Part shown: one piece after another, positions 12,616 to 26,364 of the stretch
Numbering within the stretch: the stretch's first letter is position 1
How the letters are laid out: the number at the start of each line of letters is the position of its first letter
NCBI RefSeq assembly: GCF_009834535.1
Contig: NC_045707.1
Coordinates: forward strand, 62,808,001-62,872,000
Length of the DNA: 64,000 nucleotides
Direction of reading: 5' to 3'
DNA from: Camelus ferus
Lineage: Eukaryota
Translations under genes and position numbers: made by a program
Notes under the pieces: model-generated
What the model saw: only the letters and a program-made list of their open reading frames with translations
What the model was told of the DNA's origin: nothing
The model's database searches: none

Positions 12616-14399
12616 ATTATACCTTTTTCACAAAGAGGTTGAATAGTGATGCTATAATGCAACTCCAAACACCAAAGAGGAATAAAGAGGCACCTGGGGT
12701 CATATTTAAACCTAACTAGGTTCTATGTCTAGCAAACTTGCAAGATGGTTTTAGAAATTTAAAGGGTTTCCCCGTCACTCCCACACCCCCTCCCCACCCT
12801 ACTGGGGAAAACTCATGCTGGGAAAAGGAGGCAGGCATGATGAATTTTATCCAGAAAGAAAGTTTGTTTATTAGAGAGAAATAATCATTTTGAATGCGGT
12901 GGTAGTCATTTAAATCTATCTTGAGGATGCATGGATTCATGCCTGAATCCATGCCTGGGGAGAGATTAATAGGGCTATGATTTTAAAAATTTAAAGGAAC
13001 TGTTTCAGTACCTTCTGTAAATTGTGCACAAGCAACTTTGCCATAAGACTTTTTTTATCCAAATCTAACCTAAAAGAGAGAGTGGTTTCGCCCCTCTTCC
13101 CACAGTACCAACGAGCCCCTGGCAGCTTTATGCTGGTGTGGATACTCACTTAGTGAGTGACTGCAATGATTGTTGCTCCACATTGCCTGGTGGGAGACTG
13201 ATTTCTGCTCGAGCCATGGTGATGCCCAGGGGGAGATCCTGGTATCAGCAAATCAGCAGGACAGGAGGGTGAGGTCACGAGTACCAATGCAATGGAAATG
13301 TATCTACTCTGTCTCAGATGCTTCTTAAAAGCTGTAACTTTCTCTACTTCCTAAAGAGATGTACAACTTTGCTTTTTAGCTTCAGGCTGCCTTCAGCACA
13401 CAATTTATACCCTGTCCTGTTTCAAGATTATTCAGTAGAGTCAGGTGATCTGTCCGTAAAATTCAAGTCACTGCCCGCCTCAAAGTTCAGGAAGAAAACA
13501 TTCAATCATTCTGCAGCTTCTCAACCACCTGCTCTTACCTCTCGCTATTACCCTTCTCTTCAGGATTTTGTGCGTTCTGAAATCAGGGAAGGACCATGGA
13601 TTCCAAGATAGCCTCTAGGTGAGGTTTTTCATTCCATCTGGCTCATGAACTCTGGAGTCTGTCTGCTTTCTGGTATGGAGCTTGGCACACCTGACGTTCT
13701 GTGTTTACACTAACATCTGTTTCCATAACCATGCCATTTTCTCCAGTTGGAGTAATCCTTGCTCAATGGTTTCCTGGACCCAGACTCAAATTTCTTGTTG
13801 ACTGGCTGTCTCCACACTTCCAAAACACCAGTAAAGCACAGAAATTCTGGATCATCTTCACTGCACCAGACTGAGGAGTTCAGGACCCTGGGTGAGTTTG
13901 CCCAGAGGCACCAACCTAGACCCACCCATAAAATTGGTCCTCTATTCCTTCCGTGCCATAAGGGACAGGAAGTCATGACTAGTGCAAGATGTCTTTGGAA
14001 GGTTTATAGTCTCCCAAGGATACAGCCGTGGAAAGGGGGCATGGGATGAAATCTGAGTGTTTCTACATTTATATCTTCGTGTTTGCTCTCTGTCTTCCCT
14101 GTTCCTGAATACCTCCTAGCAGGAACTTCTCTTGGACAGAAGCCTTGTCCTTTCTACTCCGTGGATCATTATAATAACTCTGTGCTGCAAGTATTTAGGT
14201 CTCTTTTCTCTCAACAAAGTCTAACTTTACCTGGATGGAACTTAAAAACCTGAGTTTTTGCCAAAGCAATGACATCTTTATTCTAGGTATAATCTTCCCT
14301 TTTCTTCCTAAAAGCCATATATTCCTCTTCTTAAACAAATGCAGAGTTGCAGCTAGGAACTATTAGGGTGTTATTTGGAATAAAACTGTATTGACTTAT

Positions 14400-14629
14400 T
14401 ATTTTATTTTTTTTCCAGTTTTATTGAGCTATAATTGACACATAACATTGTATTAGCTGAAGGCATAAAACATAATCATGGAATATATGTTTATATTGCA
14501 AAATGATCACAACAATAAGTTTAGTTAACATCCATCTCCTCACGTAGCTACTATTTTTTCTTCTGATGAGAACTTTAGAAAGCTACTCTCTTAACAACTT
14601 TTTAATATACAATACAGTACTATTAACTA
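14400..14629 (-). mobile_element. LINE-1 extreme 3' end (L1MA9-like)
   Basis: T-rich tail then 'cagttttattgagctataattgacacataacattgta...aaatgatcacaacaataagtttagttaacatccatc...ctactctcttaacaact'. Confidence 0.85.
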
Positions 14630-14945
14630 ATGTGTGTGTGTATGTGTACAAATGCTGACTGACATGTAGATGTGACATATATACATATGTGACTTATAAT
14701 TTAAAAAAATATAATACCCATATCACTATCAAATGCAATTTATTTCTGGATATCTATAGAAATTCATTTGGAGAGAAAACCAAGATACTCCATTAAAAAG
14801 TTGGTTGACTGAACCAATAAAATTACAGCCATTGTTGATAATGTAGTGTCCATTGTGTCTACAAGCAAATGCAGTCTGAAAAACTAAGATTGCAAGGCTT
14901 TGCTATACTGGGATGAATACAGGACCCGTAAAAGCTTACTTAGCC

Positions 14946-15090
14946 CCGTGATTCTTCAAACTATCCCTTAGTGCCATGTAGATCTGAAGAGGTGTTTCTG
15001 GGAAGTCCGATTGTCATTCAGAGCTTTTACACTGTCTTACATACTAGCATTTCAATTAAAATTTCATCTGAAGGAAGTTTCCATTATTAC
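14946..15090. mobile_element. hAT-Charlie remnant (MER103C-like)
   Basis: 'ttcttcaaact...gaggtg...cttttacactgtcttacata...aaatttcatctgaaggaagtttcc' resembles my recollection of MER103C. Confidence 0.45.
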
Positions 15091-15289
15091 AGGTTTCTGT
15101 TATTAAATTATATCAATAGATAATAGGTATAGTAACAGAGAGGTAGAGCAACATATAAAGACAGATGGACAGATAGATGAAAACTTCTATTTTAACCATT
15201 AAATTCTATACTTTCTTGACCAGCAAGCCCACCTCAGATTACAGGGATGTACTACAGTTGATGGGCAAGGAGGGCTGACTTGGTTTTCT

Positions 15290-15520
15290 TTGACAGAACA
15301 CTTACTAGTCTAGAGACAGTGCATGCTTTTTCATTATTTAATTCAGTCTCACAGGAATCATTTAAAATGATACTATGGTTTCCATTTTATGATGGAAACA
15401 GACCCAGGGAAGTTAAGAAACTAGTTCAGAGTCTGTGAACATCAAAGACAGAGGTGGTTTTTGAATTAACTCAGGTTTGACTGAATTAAAAGTCCATACT
15501 TCACTCCCACACCTATAATA
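15290..15520 (-). mobile_element. MIR SINE
   Basis: 'tccattttatgatggaaacagacccagggaagttaagaaactagttcagagtc'. Confidence 0.7.
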
Positions 15521-16234
15521 TCATGTTGCCTATCACAGGGTAGTAAGTGGTGCGTAGTGTCGACGTAACTACCTTGGAGGTAACATGCAGAGAGGTGTGC
15601 AGACTCCACTCGCTGCTGCCATCTCCATGGTTCCAGTGAAGGGGGTTTTTCATTTCAACTGGGGAATGAAAACAGCAAATCTTTTGTACCATAAAATGCT
15701 AACATGTCTGGCTCTACCTTAGAAATCTTTGTCTAACTCCTTTGAATAGAATTCAGCTAATCATAGCTTTTTTACCAAAAGATATAACTGTATGCCTACT
15801 CTTCAGATTATTCTACTTTCAGCATTCATTATTTTGTTCCCCAAATATTTTGAGACCACTTGGCAAAGTAGTCCACCACACCGTTTTGTTTTAAACAAAA
15901 ATTTGATTTTTACTTTATTATATTCCCATATTATGCCTTAGAACATTATTTTTTAAATACATGATTCTTCCAAATTGACTCTGTAAAATGATGCTTCGAT
16001 AATATGTTCAGTATATTTATTCCATTATATGTTCAATTCCATTTACCAAGACATCGTGACCAAAATGTTAGCCAAAATTCATTAGGAACAAAAGAAAAAT
16101 TAATGAAATGGAAAAACGGATTAAAAGCTGACTACATACTTTGACTAATGATATTATGAACAGATATCTTAGGTGAAAACAGTAAATAAAAAATTGGTCA
16201 GTGAGAGGAGCAAATTTATCACAATTAATAAACA

Positions 16235-16425
16235 AACGCAGGACTTGACAACAAAAAGAAATCTGAGTTTGCGTCTCAGATATACCACATACCAAGTTTA
16301 GCAGGTAACTTAATTTGTGTATTTCTCCAATTAATATCTGTAAAATGAAGATAATAATATCTGTCTCCAGTAGTTATGAGGATTAATTGCATGTAAAACA
16401 TGTTAAGATATGGAATGCCATACGA
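16235..16425 (+). mobile_element. MIR SINE
   Basis: 'atctgtaaaatgaagataataatatct...agttatgaggattaa...catgtaaaacat'. Confidence 0.7.
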
Positions 16426-16959
16426 GGAAAAGGTCTATTTATTAGAAGTCACTTTTCTAATTCAGATTAAACTGACGTAGCCTGATTGGCAACACAAGTG
16501 CACACAATCACTGCCGTGGGAGATAGATGCCTTGGCTGGCCTACACTTGTGCTAAAAATGAGGCTGAGAAGTAAGGGGCAGCCAGCCTCGTTGAACACTC
16601 CAATTATATTCCTTTTTTTTAATCAAAGACCCAGAGATTTACCAAGATCCCTCCTCCTTGTTTTCCAGCCAGCAAGCCTGAAACCCTATCCAAGTTCACA
16701 GAAGTCATCTCCTTTATGTTTTAGATTGCGGTTTCCTTCTGTCTATGGGATTCACTGATCCATGTATCAGTCACTTTCTTAGTAATTTCTTTGTTCCGGG
16801 ATTTATTTCAGGTGATAGGGTAGGGTGTTGAAGAAGACTAAAAATATGTCACGGAGACTGTATTCAAACAATAATCAGCAGTGAATAATAAATAAACAAA
16901 CAAGGAGATATTAGTCTAGATGCTCCAAAGAAAATAAGGAAAGGGGACACGATAACCAT

Positions 16960-17180
16960 CATGGGTGGTTGTCTAACAATGGTTGGGAGTTAGGATTCAG
17001 GACTCTGCCTCTTAAAGCACCCTAATTCAATTGCTTTAACTGCTCTGACCTTCAGCGTCCCTACCTGTAAAATGGGAATGAGAATATTGATAACTATTTC
17101 AAAAGGCAATTGAGAAGATTAAAGGGAATGTTACACGATTTGGAACAGAGCCTGGAACGTATTTTAGATTAAGTAGTCAG
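16960..17180 (+). mobile_element. MIR SINE nested in L2
   Basis: 'cttcagcgtccctacctgtaaaatgggaatgagaat...ttgagaagattaaa...aacagagcctggaac'. Confidence 0.75.
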
Positions 17181-17384
17181 TACAGTCCTTTCTCTCACAC
17201 ACACACACACACACAAAGTACTTAAGGTAAGATCTGGATGACAAGATGGAGATGGTTTTGAGAAGCTCTGAGCAGAATGCTTGGTGAAATAAAATAGCTA
17301 AAAATCGCTCCATAAAGGCTCTGATTTGGAAACCAAGCTTGAGTATTTAGGGGGAAAAAATGGCCATTGGTGTTGGAAGCGTGC

Positions 17385-17931
17385 TGTGATGGTTAATCTT
17401 ATTTGTCAGCTTGACTGGGCTAAGGGATGCCCACATAGCTGGTAAAACATTATTTCTGGGTGTGTCTGTGAGGGTGTTTCTGAAAGACATTAGCATTTGA
17501 CTCAGGAGACAGTTAACGAAGATTGCCTTCATCAGTGTGGGTGGGCATTATCCAATCTGTTGAGAACCTCAGTGGAACAAAGAGACTTTGTTTTGTTTAG
17601 AGACTTTGTAGGGAGAATTTCCTCTTTCTCTTCTTGAACTGGGATGTCTGTCTTTCCCCACACTCGGACATCAGGGCTCCTGGTTCTTGGGCCTGGGACT
17701 ATGGGGCTTTCCCCATAGTTCCCCACAACTCCCTTGCTTCTCAGGGCTTTGGACTTGGACTTTCTATCACCAGCTTTCCTAATTTTTCCAGCTTGCAAAT
17801 GGAAGACTGTGGAATTTCTCAGCCTCTATAATTTTGTGTGAGCTAATTCTTATTATAAATCTTTTCATATATATATATATAAATGTATATGTTCTACTGA
17901 TTCTATTTATCTGGAGAACCTGGCTGATACA
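17385..17931 (+). mobile_element. ERVL solo LTR (MLT2B-like), complete
   Basis: Begins TGTGATGGTTAAT...gtcagcttgactgggctaagggatgccca and ends ...ctggagaacctggctgataCA; flanks cgtgc/catgt are consistent with a decayed 5-bp TSD. Confidence 0.92.
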
Positions 17932-19169
17932 CATGTGGTCGGGTGGTGGAGTGGCAGGATGGTAGACTTCGTAAGCTGTTGATGGAGGTTAGATTTATTT
18001 TGTGTTTATGGGTTGCCTTATGAGAGACTTAATTAGGGGAGTGAAAGAATATGTTTGGCATAAGAGGCCATACAAAGCCCAGTGCTGAGATGATAGTGGC
18101 CTGGGGTAGAATGATCACCGCGGTGACAGAGGAAGGTGGGCAGACTCTGCAGCAAAAAAGAAGGTGCCACAATGGAGAATAAGAATGAGTTGTAAAGAAG
18201 GAAAGAGGAAGACTGTACAACGTGATATCAGGGCAGTCAAGGGATGACTGCATTTCAACAAAGAGGGAGTATTCAGTTGTCAAACATTGCTGAGAAATTG
18301 GGTCACATGGAGACAAGGTGACTATTCGTCATTTGATGATAGTCACTAAATACCTTAAACACAATAGTTTTAGAGAAATGCTGTGGATGAAAGATTGGGT
18401 GGGACAAGGAGAGAACAAGAGGCAATGAAATGAAGGCAGCAGCTAATGAACAACTATTCTGAGAAGCTGTGCTGTGAAAGGTATGAGGACTAAGTGGAGA
18501 GAGCTGCAAGTTCAAAGAGCATTTGGTTTGGTTTGGTTTGTGTTGTGCTGATATTATTTTTAATATGGTCACCACCAAAGCATCAGCTTTCATTTTCAAA
18601 ATTTATTTGCAATGTCTGGTCAGCAAATACATACACCAACAACTCCCACCCTCTAGTTTCCAGCTTTTTCTTTTTCCAGATTTGTTGTGAATTTGAACCA
18701 TTAAATACATAAATGTTAGCTACAGTTTCTAGAAATCAGGGACAGGAGGAAAAAGCAAACATTTGTCTTAACTATTGTGACTTGCTTCTGTATCTGTAAT
18801 GATCAAACACCAGAATTAAGATGTCAGTAGTGGCCAGCCCATCTCAGTCAGTCTCCTGAGAAAAACTAGAGTCTGGCTCAGAAGATTATAAAGTTCACTT
18901 TGCACCTGCCCCTTTAGTTTGAGTGGATTTCAGCTATTTAGCAATTTTAATATTGGTTTAAATGTTGCTCCATTCATCTATCCTTTATATCCAAAAACAG
19001 TTACATGTTCAAAAAACTCAGCAATGTGGATCGTGCTGTATCTGGAATCAAACATGACCCCTCAATCTACCTACTTCCCACCCTCTCAAAGCTCACGCAT
19101 TCACTTCCACGAAGCACTTCACAACCAGCATGGCCTTTCAACAGTGCATTCTGCTCTCAGCGTGACACA

Positions 19170-19660
19170 CTGAGAAGATGACAATATTACCAAAGACATG
19201 GTTCCTTTCCACATGTTTAACCTGAGAATAATCATGAGGAAACAATCAGACAAATCAAAATTGAGAGTCATTCAGCAAAACAAGTAGCCTGACTCAAAAA
19301 TTAGCTTAAAGGAGCAGCATTCAGATAATTGGGAATATTTGCATATAGACTGTATATTGGGTAACGATTTTACAGCAATGTTAAATTCCCTGCGTGCGAT
19401 CGTTGTAGTGTAGCTATGAGAAGAATTCTCATATTTTAGAAGCTAAATGATGAATTATTTACATGAATTATTTGTCTTTCTCCAACTTGTTCTTAAATAC
19501 ATCAGAAGCGGCAGATAGGCAGACAGAGAGAGAAGAAATAAAGCAAACAAAATGAAATAGGCAAAATTTTACATTTGGTGCATCTAAGTAAGACATACAG
19601 ATGTTCATAATACAATTTTTTGCAACTTTTATGAGGGCTAGAAAACTTCTGAACAATGGC
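19170..19660 (+). mobile_element. LINE-1 3' end (L1MC/L1ME-like)
   Basis: 'taacctgagaataatcatgaggaaacaatcagacaaatcaaaattgagagtcatt', 'aatgttaaattccc', 'gatgttcataatacaattttttgcaactttt'. Confidence 0.75.
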
Positions 19661-22245
19661 CTCTAAATAAAATATGAATAATAAATACATAAACTTCTCT
19701 TCTACTACTATTGATATTTCAAAATTTAATTTGCACACAAATGCACATAATATTAGCTATCAAATGATACTATCATTCAGTTTTCCCACAGAATTCCAAA
19801 ACCCTTACAGACAGGACACAAGTTATCTGCATCTTTATTAAAACACTAAGTTTTCAAAAAAAAAAAATGATTACACAAAACCAAGACTCAATAAATGTTT
19901 GCTAACATGAAAACTAAAAAAAAAAAAGCTAAAAGTATTAAAACTGCTTTGAAGAGAAGCACTTCAGACATGATAATAGAAAAAGTAGACCCCCGATACA
20001 TTTTTTTAAAGTTCCAGTAACTGTGCTTTAGAACAGATGGTCAGTAAAGGACCCAGCTCTAGAGAGAAAACAGCCATCACAGGTTGGTAATAAAACCATT
20101 GATGAGTGATTATGCAAGACACGACAAGGCTGCTGTCAAAATTATGGTTCAAAAAACAACTCTGAACAGATCCTACACTTAGAAATTAACATTACTGGAA
20201 AGACATCAATATAAATCATCAAAATTCAACTGAAATTTTCTTAAATCAAGTTTATTGTTTTAGCGCCAGAAAAAAAATGAACCTCTTCATTTTACAGAGG
20301 ACGCAAGAATCTACAAAAATATGTAATGCCAAGCTTTTCTATGGTCAGTAAATAAACTGAAGATTTTAAAGAGTTGAAAAGATTAGGTATCATCAATTTG
20401 TAATTTTTTCCCTTTTGTCCCTTTGAAAGGACTAGTTTGTAGATCTCATTTCTTTAAAGAATCCTCTCATTTCTTTCTCAAAGAGCCCTGCCTTGTGTGA
20501 GAAGGTTAGAGCTGATCGGTGGCACTGGTTTCAATAACTGTCATCCCTGTCTTACCTGCTTTCCAGGCTCTAAAAAATAATCAAGATAAAAATTGTATTC
20601 TTGTGCTTTCAATAGGCAATTTTTCTGTGATTCGCACTTTGATGTTATACCATGTAGAGTATCATGGAATTAATCAGAGTGTTCCATTCATGCCTGGTAG
20701 GAAAATAAAGGTGTGAGATATACAGCGACCATCAGTGTGGAATCACAGAGTTTTATTCGGCCAAGTTGCATAGAATTCCTCATTATTCTCTTCAGAGTAT
20801 CTCATTTTTCCTTGACATCACCCCTCCTGATACCACCACCATTTATCATTCCAACCAGTAAGAAAAATATTGGGTAAAAAAAACAAGAGTCATGAACCCT
20901 CATTACCAAAAAGAAATTTTAAAAATACGCCCTTGTCTAAAGAGGAGCAACAGCCTTGAATCTTACAAAGATAGATTTCTTTGATATTTTGTTCTCATTT
21001 GCTCCAACTGCTGTTAGTTTTATTGAGCGCCTCTATGTTTTAGTTCTGTGTTAAATATATTGCATTAAAGCACACTGTATTTCACCCTCCTGCTAAGATC
21101 AAGCTCAAATAAAGACATAAAAGTGGAGGTGGGAAGACTTAGCAATTGAGACTACACTTAATAAGCTATTTGAAAAATAAAAGTGGACTAAAGCATATGG
21201 CACGTAGGCGAACCTTTGTTTGAAATATATTTCTCCAACTGAAATAAGTTAAGGTGATCTAGGGTTAATAACCAAAGCCAGGAAAGGAAGACTCTTTTGC
21301 AACGTATATTGTTTAAAATTCTCAAGAACATATATTGAATCATCAAAATTTTCTCCTACAACAGAGAAGCCTTTCGTATACTTAGAATGTTAAAAATAAT
21401 TATTTTTGAAGTTATCTTTACGTCCTATTTTTATTCCACGTATGCTTCAACTATCAGTACTTTTTTAAAACTGCCACCTCAGCCTTCACACTGAGATTAA
21501 TTTGACTATTTTTAGAGACTTCTAACCTTTAACTTATGTATCCTCTAAAATCTTAACCCATTTCTTTTCATTTTGCCTTTTAAAATAATGATTTCAGCTA
21601 ATGCTTCTGGATCAAATGAACTAGTAATTGCAAGAGATAACCTGACAAGTCTCTCCTATAATACAGACGTTTTTTCACTATTGCTCAGAAAGTTGCCCAT
21701 CTGAGCTAGTGAAACTCACTTCCTTTGCTTGACATTTCCTCCCACCCTTTGAATATCAGAAATGTTTACATCAGGCATATTTAGGTTCACCTGGGCAATG
21801 AGAGCCAGCAGGATGAGAATGGAGATTTCAATTACACAACCGTTACATGAATCCATTTAAATCATTGTTCAAGAATAACTATGAGCAAATTCTAGACTTA
21901 AAATTAACGCCATACATAATACATACATACATAAAGGTACGCACATAATCAATTTGTTTTTATACTGTATATCTAAGTGTTTAATATATTTTAATTTCTC
22001 TTTAAGATATGTCTTTAAAGAGGGTTGCAGTTTTATTTCCTAAAAGCTAAACTGAAAATCTGTTTGAACACATTTTTCAGATTTGATCCACACCAGCCTT
22101 CAGATTCAACATACAAATACATTTGTATCTTCAATATAAATCCTTAAATTAAGTGTAAATTCATTAAGTAATTCTTTGATTACCTACCTGTCTGTCTATA
22201 TCTTGTTTTTAACATATAAGCTTCTTTCTTTAAGAGCTTGACGCT

Positions 22246-22338
22246 ACATACACACATACCCACACTCACACCCACATACTCACCCCTCCCTGCAACACAC
22301 ACACACGCTCATGCACGCGTGTACACACACACACACAC
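22246..22338. repeat. Imperfect (CA)n microsatellite
   Basis: Interrupted CA/AC runs read directly. Confidence 0.9.
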
Positions 22339-25200
22339 TGCTGTTGCTAGAAAAGATTGAAATTGATGTACAGATCCCTCTACTCCTGTCCTGGAGAGAT
22401 CCACGTAGCATTGTAGCTGCCTATTCAGATTGTGAATATCTTTAAAACGCGGCTGTGGAAATCCCCAAACTGCCTTTGCATCTATGAAAATAAAGAGTCC
22501 CATCATTACACGATGGGCTATAAAGAAAGTGCAAGACTTTTACTCTCATGGGTCCCTGTAGAGTATCTGATGTTATTGGAGCAGGGACTGCTTGGGGCAA
22601 GGGAGAACTCAGGCCAAGTTTTGAATCAGTTTATTCATTTCCCTTTATGTTCACTGATATACCACTTTCAGTAATAAGATCCTTGTTCTATGCTTTGGCA
22701 CTCACAGTCATGAAATTCAAATGACTATAAGGAAAATGTATCACAGGCTGTTTATCTCCATGAGGTAGATAATTTGGAAATGTTAGTTATGTGTTTAAAT
22801 TAAGATGATTAACAAAAACAGTATACTTCATGATTATTGTTGACTTAATCTGGGTTTTTGATATTTATTGAGAAATTTTTTCAGTAATGTAGTTTGAATA
22901 TACATATTTTTATGTATATATATTTATGTAAATACAATGTAGACACAGAATTATTGAAAGAAAGCCAGTAGCTATAAATCTCCGTTGAAATAATACAGCG
23001 CCTTGCTCCAGACCTCATAATTTCTTTGCCATGTAGACCACTATTTCTAATCCTTTTACCTTTTTCCTAATTTGGATTGTTTAAAACCTCACTCCATAGC
23101 AGAGAAAACTGCAGAAAGTATGACCTATTCTTCCACCTCAAAAACACATATACTTGCTTCCAGTTTTAGCTCAAACATGCAAAAAGCTTGAAAGTAATTA
23201 CTTCCATCCTTACAACTAGAAAAAAGGTTGAACAAATTTAAAATCAACAGCTTTGTTTGACCTTAAGAGAGAACTGAGGTCACAAGTCAAACTGCCACCA
23301 CAGAATCTGGAGAAATAAGCAAGCGCAGAGTCACAGCTTGAATGCTTACCTAAATCGGGAGGAACTGAAAACATAAAGTGGTAGGACGCATCGGTGGTAA
23401 CTTTGATGAATTTCTGCAGGCTGATTGTGGACTCGCATGAGAGAAAGGTCCTGTAGGGCACAGTTTTAGGGGGGACCAGCACACTTTCATGGGTTTTACC
23501 TTAAGGAACCACATTAGGTTCTCCAAAGGAGGAGCCAAGAGAGAGTCCTCATGGCTTTAGGGGAAGGAGGCGGGAAAAGTAACCATTGTGAAATATGGCC
23601 AGAGCGTTCTCCATACCAAAAACCTACTCTCCAGAGAAAAAGACTTTACCAGAGTCTTATCCAACTGGAGAAAGGGCATTTTCCAGATTTACCTTCCTAT
23701 AGCCTTTCAGTCTAACCTAGAAGAAAAAAAAATAAAATAAAATCTAAGAAACACTTGTGTAAGTCACAATCCAGGGACACAGCCCTTTAAACACAGCAGA
23801 AGATTACAGAGCACTCACTCTACCCTACACCTTAACCATCGTACCAGCAGAGCTTCAGTGTGGCACAGGCGGGCAACAACTGAAGGTTCTGAAAGCCCAA
23901 GAGTTTATGAGAGGAGTGGCTCTTAAGGAAGTCAAAAGACAACAGGAGAAAAAGAAAGGAAAAACAAACAAACAAACAAAAAAAAGAGGATTTGAAGCCT
24001 CTGGCTTCTATTGCTATAGCAAACGTTAAACACAGCCCCAATTCTAGCCAGATTTTAACGGATCAACTCACGTTAAAGACCTACTTATCTAAGTTTCTGT
24101 TACCTAATAAATCTGTTAAGCATTCAACAAAAAATTACAAGGTGTGCTAACAGGCAAGAGAAAACACACACTGAAGAGCTAAAGAAACATACGAACCAGA
24201 CTCACATATGACACAGATTTTAAAATTATTAGACTTGTAAAATAATTATGATAAATAGGTTAAGGTCTCTGATGAAAAAATTAGACAATATGCAAGAATG
24301 AATTGGTAATAAAGTGAGATATTTGGAAACTCTATGGAAGAATCACGAAGAAATTTTATAACTATACACAGTAACAAAAATAAAGAATGCTTTTGATAGG
24401 CATATCTGAAGACTGGGCATGACCAAATTAAAGAAATCAATAAGGTTCAACATAGAGCAATGGAAATCTCAAAGTAAAATTTAAAAAATTTTAAAAGGAT
24501 GAAAAATAAAATTGATAAGTCTTTAGCCAGGCTAATTAAGCAAAAAGAGGACACAAATTACTAATATCAGAAATGAAAGAGGAGCTATCACTAGAGATCT
24601 CATTGAAATTAAAACAATAAAAAGATTTACCAGAAATTCTTCTTTAAGACATAAACTATACCAATTCATCAAAATCTTCCAGAAAATCAGAGGGAATAAT
24701 TTCTAACTCATTATATGAGAACAACATTTCTAATACAGAATTAAATGAAGATTTAACAAGAAAAGAAAATTACGAACCAATATCTCTTATTAACATAGAT
24801 ACAAAATATCAAATATTATCAAACAACCTATAAAAAATTATGCATCATAATCAAGTTGGATTTATTCTGGTACATATGGCTAGTCCAAACTCTAAAAATC
24901 ATTGCAATCTACCACATCAACAGGCTAAAGAAGAAAAATCAATTTATCATATCAGTTGACGCAGAAAGCATTTGGCAAAATTCAGCATCTCTTCATCATA
25001 AAAGCTTGCAGCAAACTATGAATGGTGGGGAACTTTCTCAACTTGATAAAGAACATCTACAAAAAATTTACAACTAGTGTCATACTTAGTTTGTGAGGAT
25101 CTGGATGGTTTTCCCCTAAGAGCATGAGAAAAGCAAATACATTATCCCTCCCCACTCCTAATTCAATTGCATATTGGGAGCAATAAGATAACTAACAAAA

Positions 25201-25212
25201 AACTAACTAACT

Positions 25213-25251
<39 letters not shown>
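25201..25251. repeat. (AACT)n tetranucleotide microsatellite inside L1 ORF2
   Basis: About 12 AACT units with one extra T, read directly. Confidence 0.95.
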
Positions 25252-26198
25252 AAGCTATACAGATTGGGGTGGGGGCTGTTTTTGTTAGCAGACAGTATGG
25301 CTGTCTGTGAAGAAAATCCAAAAAATCAACTAAGACTCCTAGAAATAATAAGTGAGTATGGCACAGTCAGAGGACGCAGTGTTAATACACATTCAGTTGC
25401 TTTCCTGTACACCAGCAATGGCCATTGGTAATTTGAAATTTTAAAAATACATTATTTAGAGTTGTACCCCCAAAACAAAATACGTACAGGATCTGTATAT
25501 GCAAAAACTACAAAAGTCTGAGGAAAAAAATTACAAATTAAATAAATATAGAGATAATTTTTATTTATGGATTGGAAGACTCAATATTATTAAGATATTA
25601 AATCTTTGTATTTCGAATTATCCATTCAACGCAATCCCAGGGTCCAAGAAAGTTATTTGTAGATTTTTAAAAAACTGGCTGTAAAAGTGACAGAGAGGCA
25701 AAATATCTAGAAGATCCGGCACAATGATAAGATGGAAGTTGGAGAACTCATGGCACCTGATTTCATAGCCTGACCTAAAGTTATAGTAATCAAGAGAGTA
25801 TGATATAGAGGAAAGAACAGACACACAGATCAGTAGAATAAAAAAAGGACCCCAGAAAGAGACTCATATGAATAAAATTAAATGATGTCAGACAAAAAGT
25901 CAAGGCAACACGATGGAGAAAGGAAATTCTTTTCAACAAATGGTACTAGAACAACTGGACAACGACATGCAAAAAAGTAAGGCTCCACAAAGACCTCACG
26001 TTTTTCAAAAAAATCAGCTCAAAATGTAAAATGAAAAGCTCTAAAACTTCTAGAAGACAACATAAGAGAAAATCACCAGTCTGGGTTTGGTGATGAATTT
26101 TCGTATACAAGACCAGAAAAGCATGATTCGTGAAAGAAATATTGCTAAGCTGGACTTCTTTAAAATTAAAAAATTTCTTCTCTGTGACAGACACTATT

Positions 26199-26364
26199 GG
26201 GGGAGGGATTAGCTCAACTGGCAGAGCACATGCTTAGCATGCATGAGGCCCTGGGTTCAACCCCCAGTACCTCCTCCAACATAAATGAATAAATAAACCG
26301 AATTATCTCCCTCCCCCACCAAAAAAAAAAAATACCAATTAATACATTAAAAATAATTTTTTAA
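26199..26364 (+). mobile_element. tRNA-Ala-derived SINE, camelid Vic-1-like
   Basis: Head ggggagggattagctcaactggcagagcacatgcttagcatgcatgaggccctgggttcaacccccagtacctcc with pol III A and B boxes, tail aaataaataaaccgaattatctccc plus poly(A), perfect 10-bp TSD agacactatt (26189-26198 and 26365-26374). Confidence 0.9.

Larger units (their letters stand above)
16750..18510 (-). mobile_element. LINE-2 fragment interrupted by a MIR and an MLT2B LTR
   Basis: Antisense L2-like blocks, e.g. 'gagtattcagttgtcaaacattgctgagaa' and 'gaacaactattctgagaagctgtgctgtgaaagg'; purine-rich L2 texture resumes after each insertion. Confidence 0.6.

Noticed and set aside
20298..20343. 46-bp exon (ttttacag|...ATG|gtcagt)
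   Set aside because: The acceptor resembles the MIR core 'cattttacaga', the donor is weak, and there are no supporting neighbouring exons.
24856..25684. Functional reverse transcriptase gene
   Set aside because: Only short L1 ORF2p motifs survive among stops, frameshifts and deletions; a dead LINE-1.
26199..26278. tRNA-Ala gene
   Set aside because: Followed by a SINE tail and poly(A) and flanked by a TSD; it is a SINE head rather than a tRNA gene.
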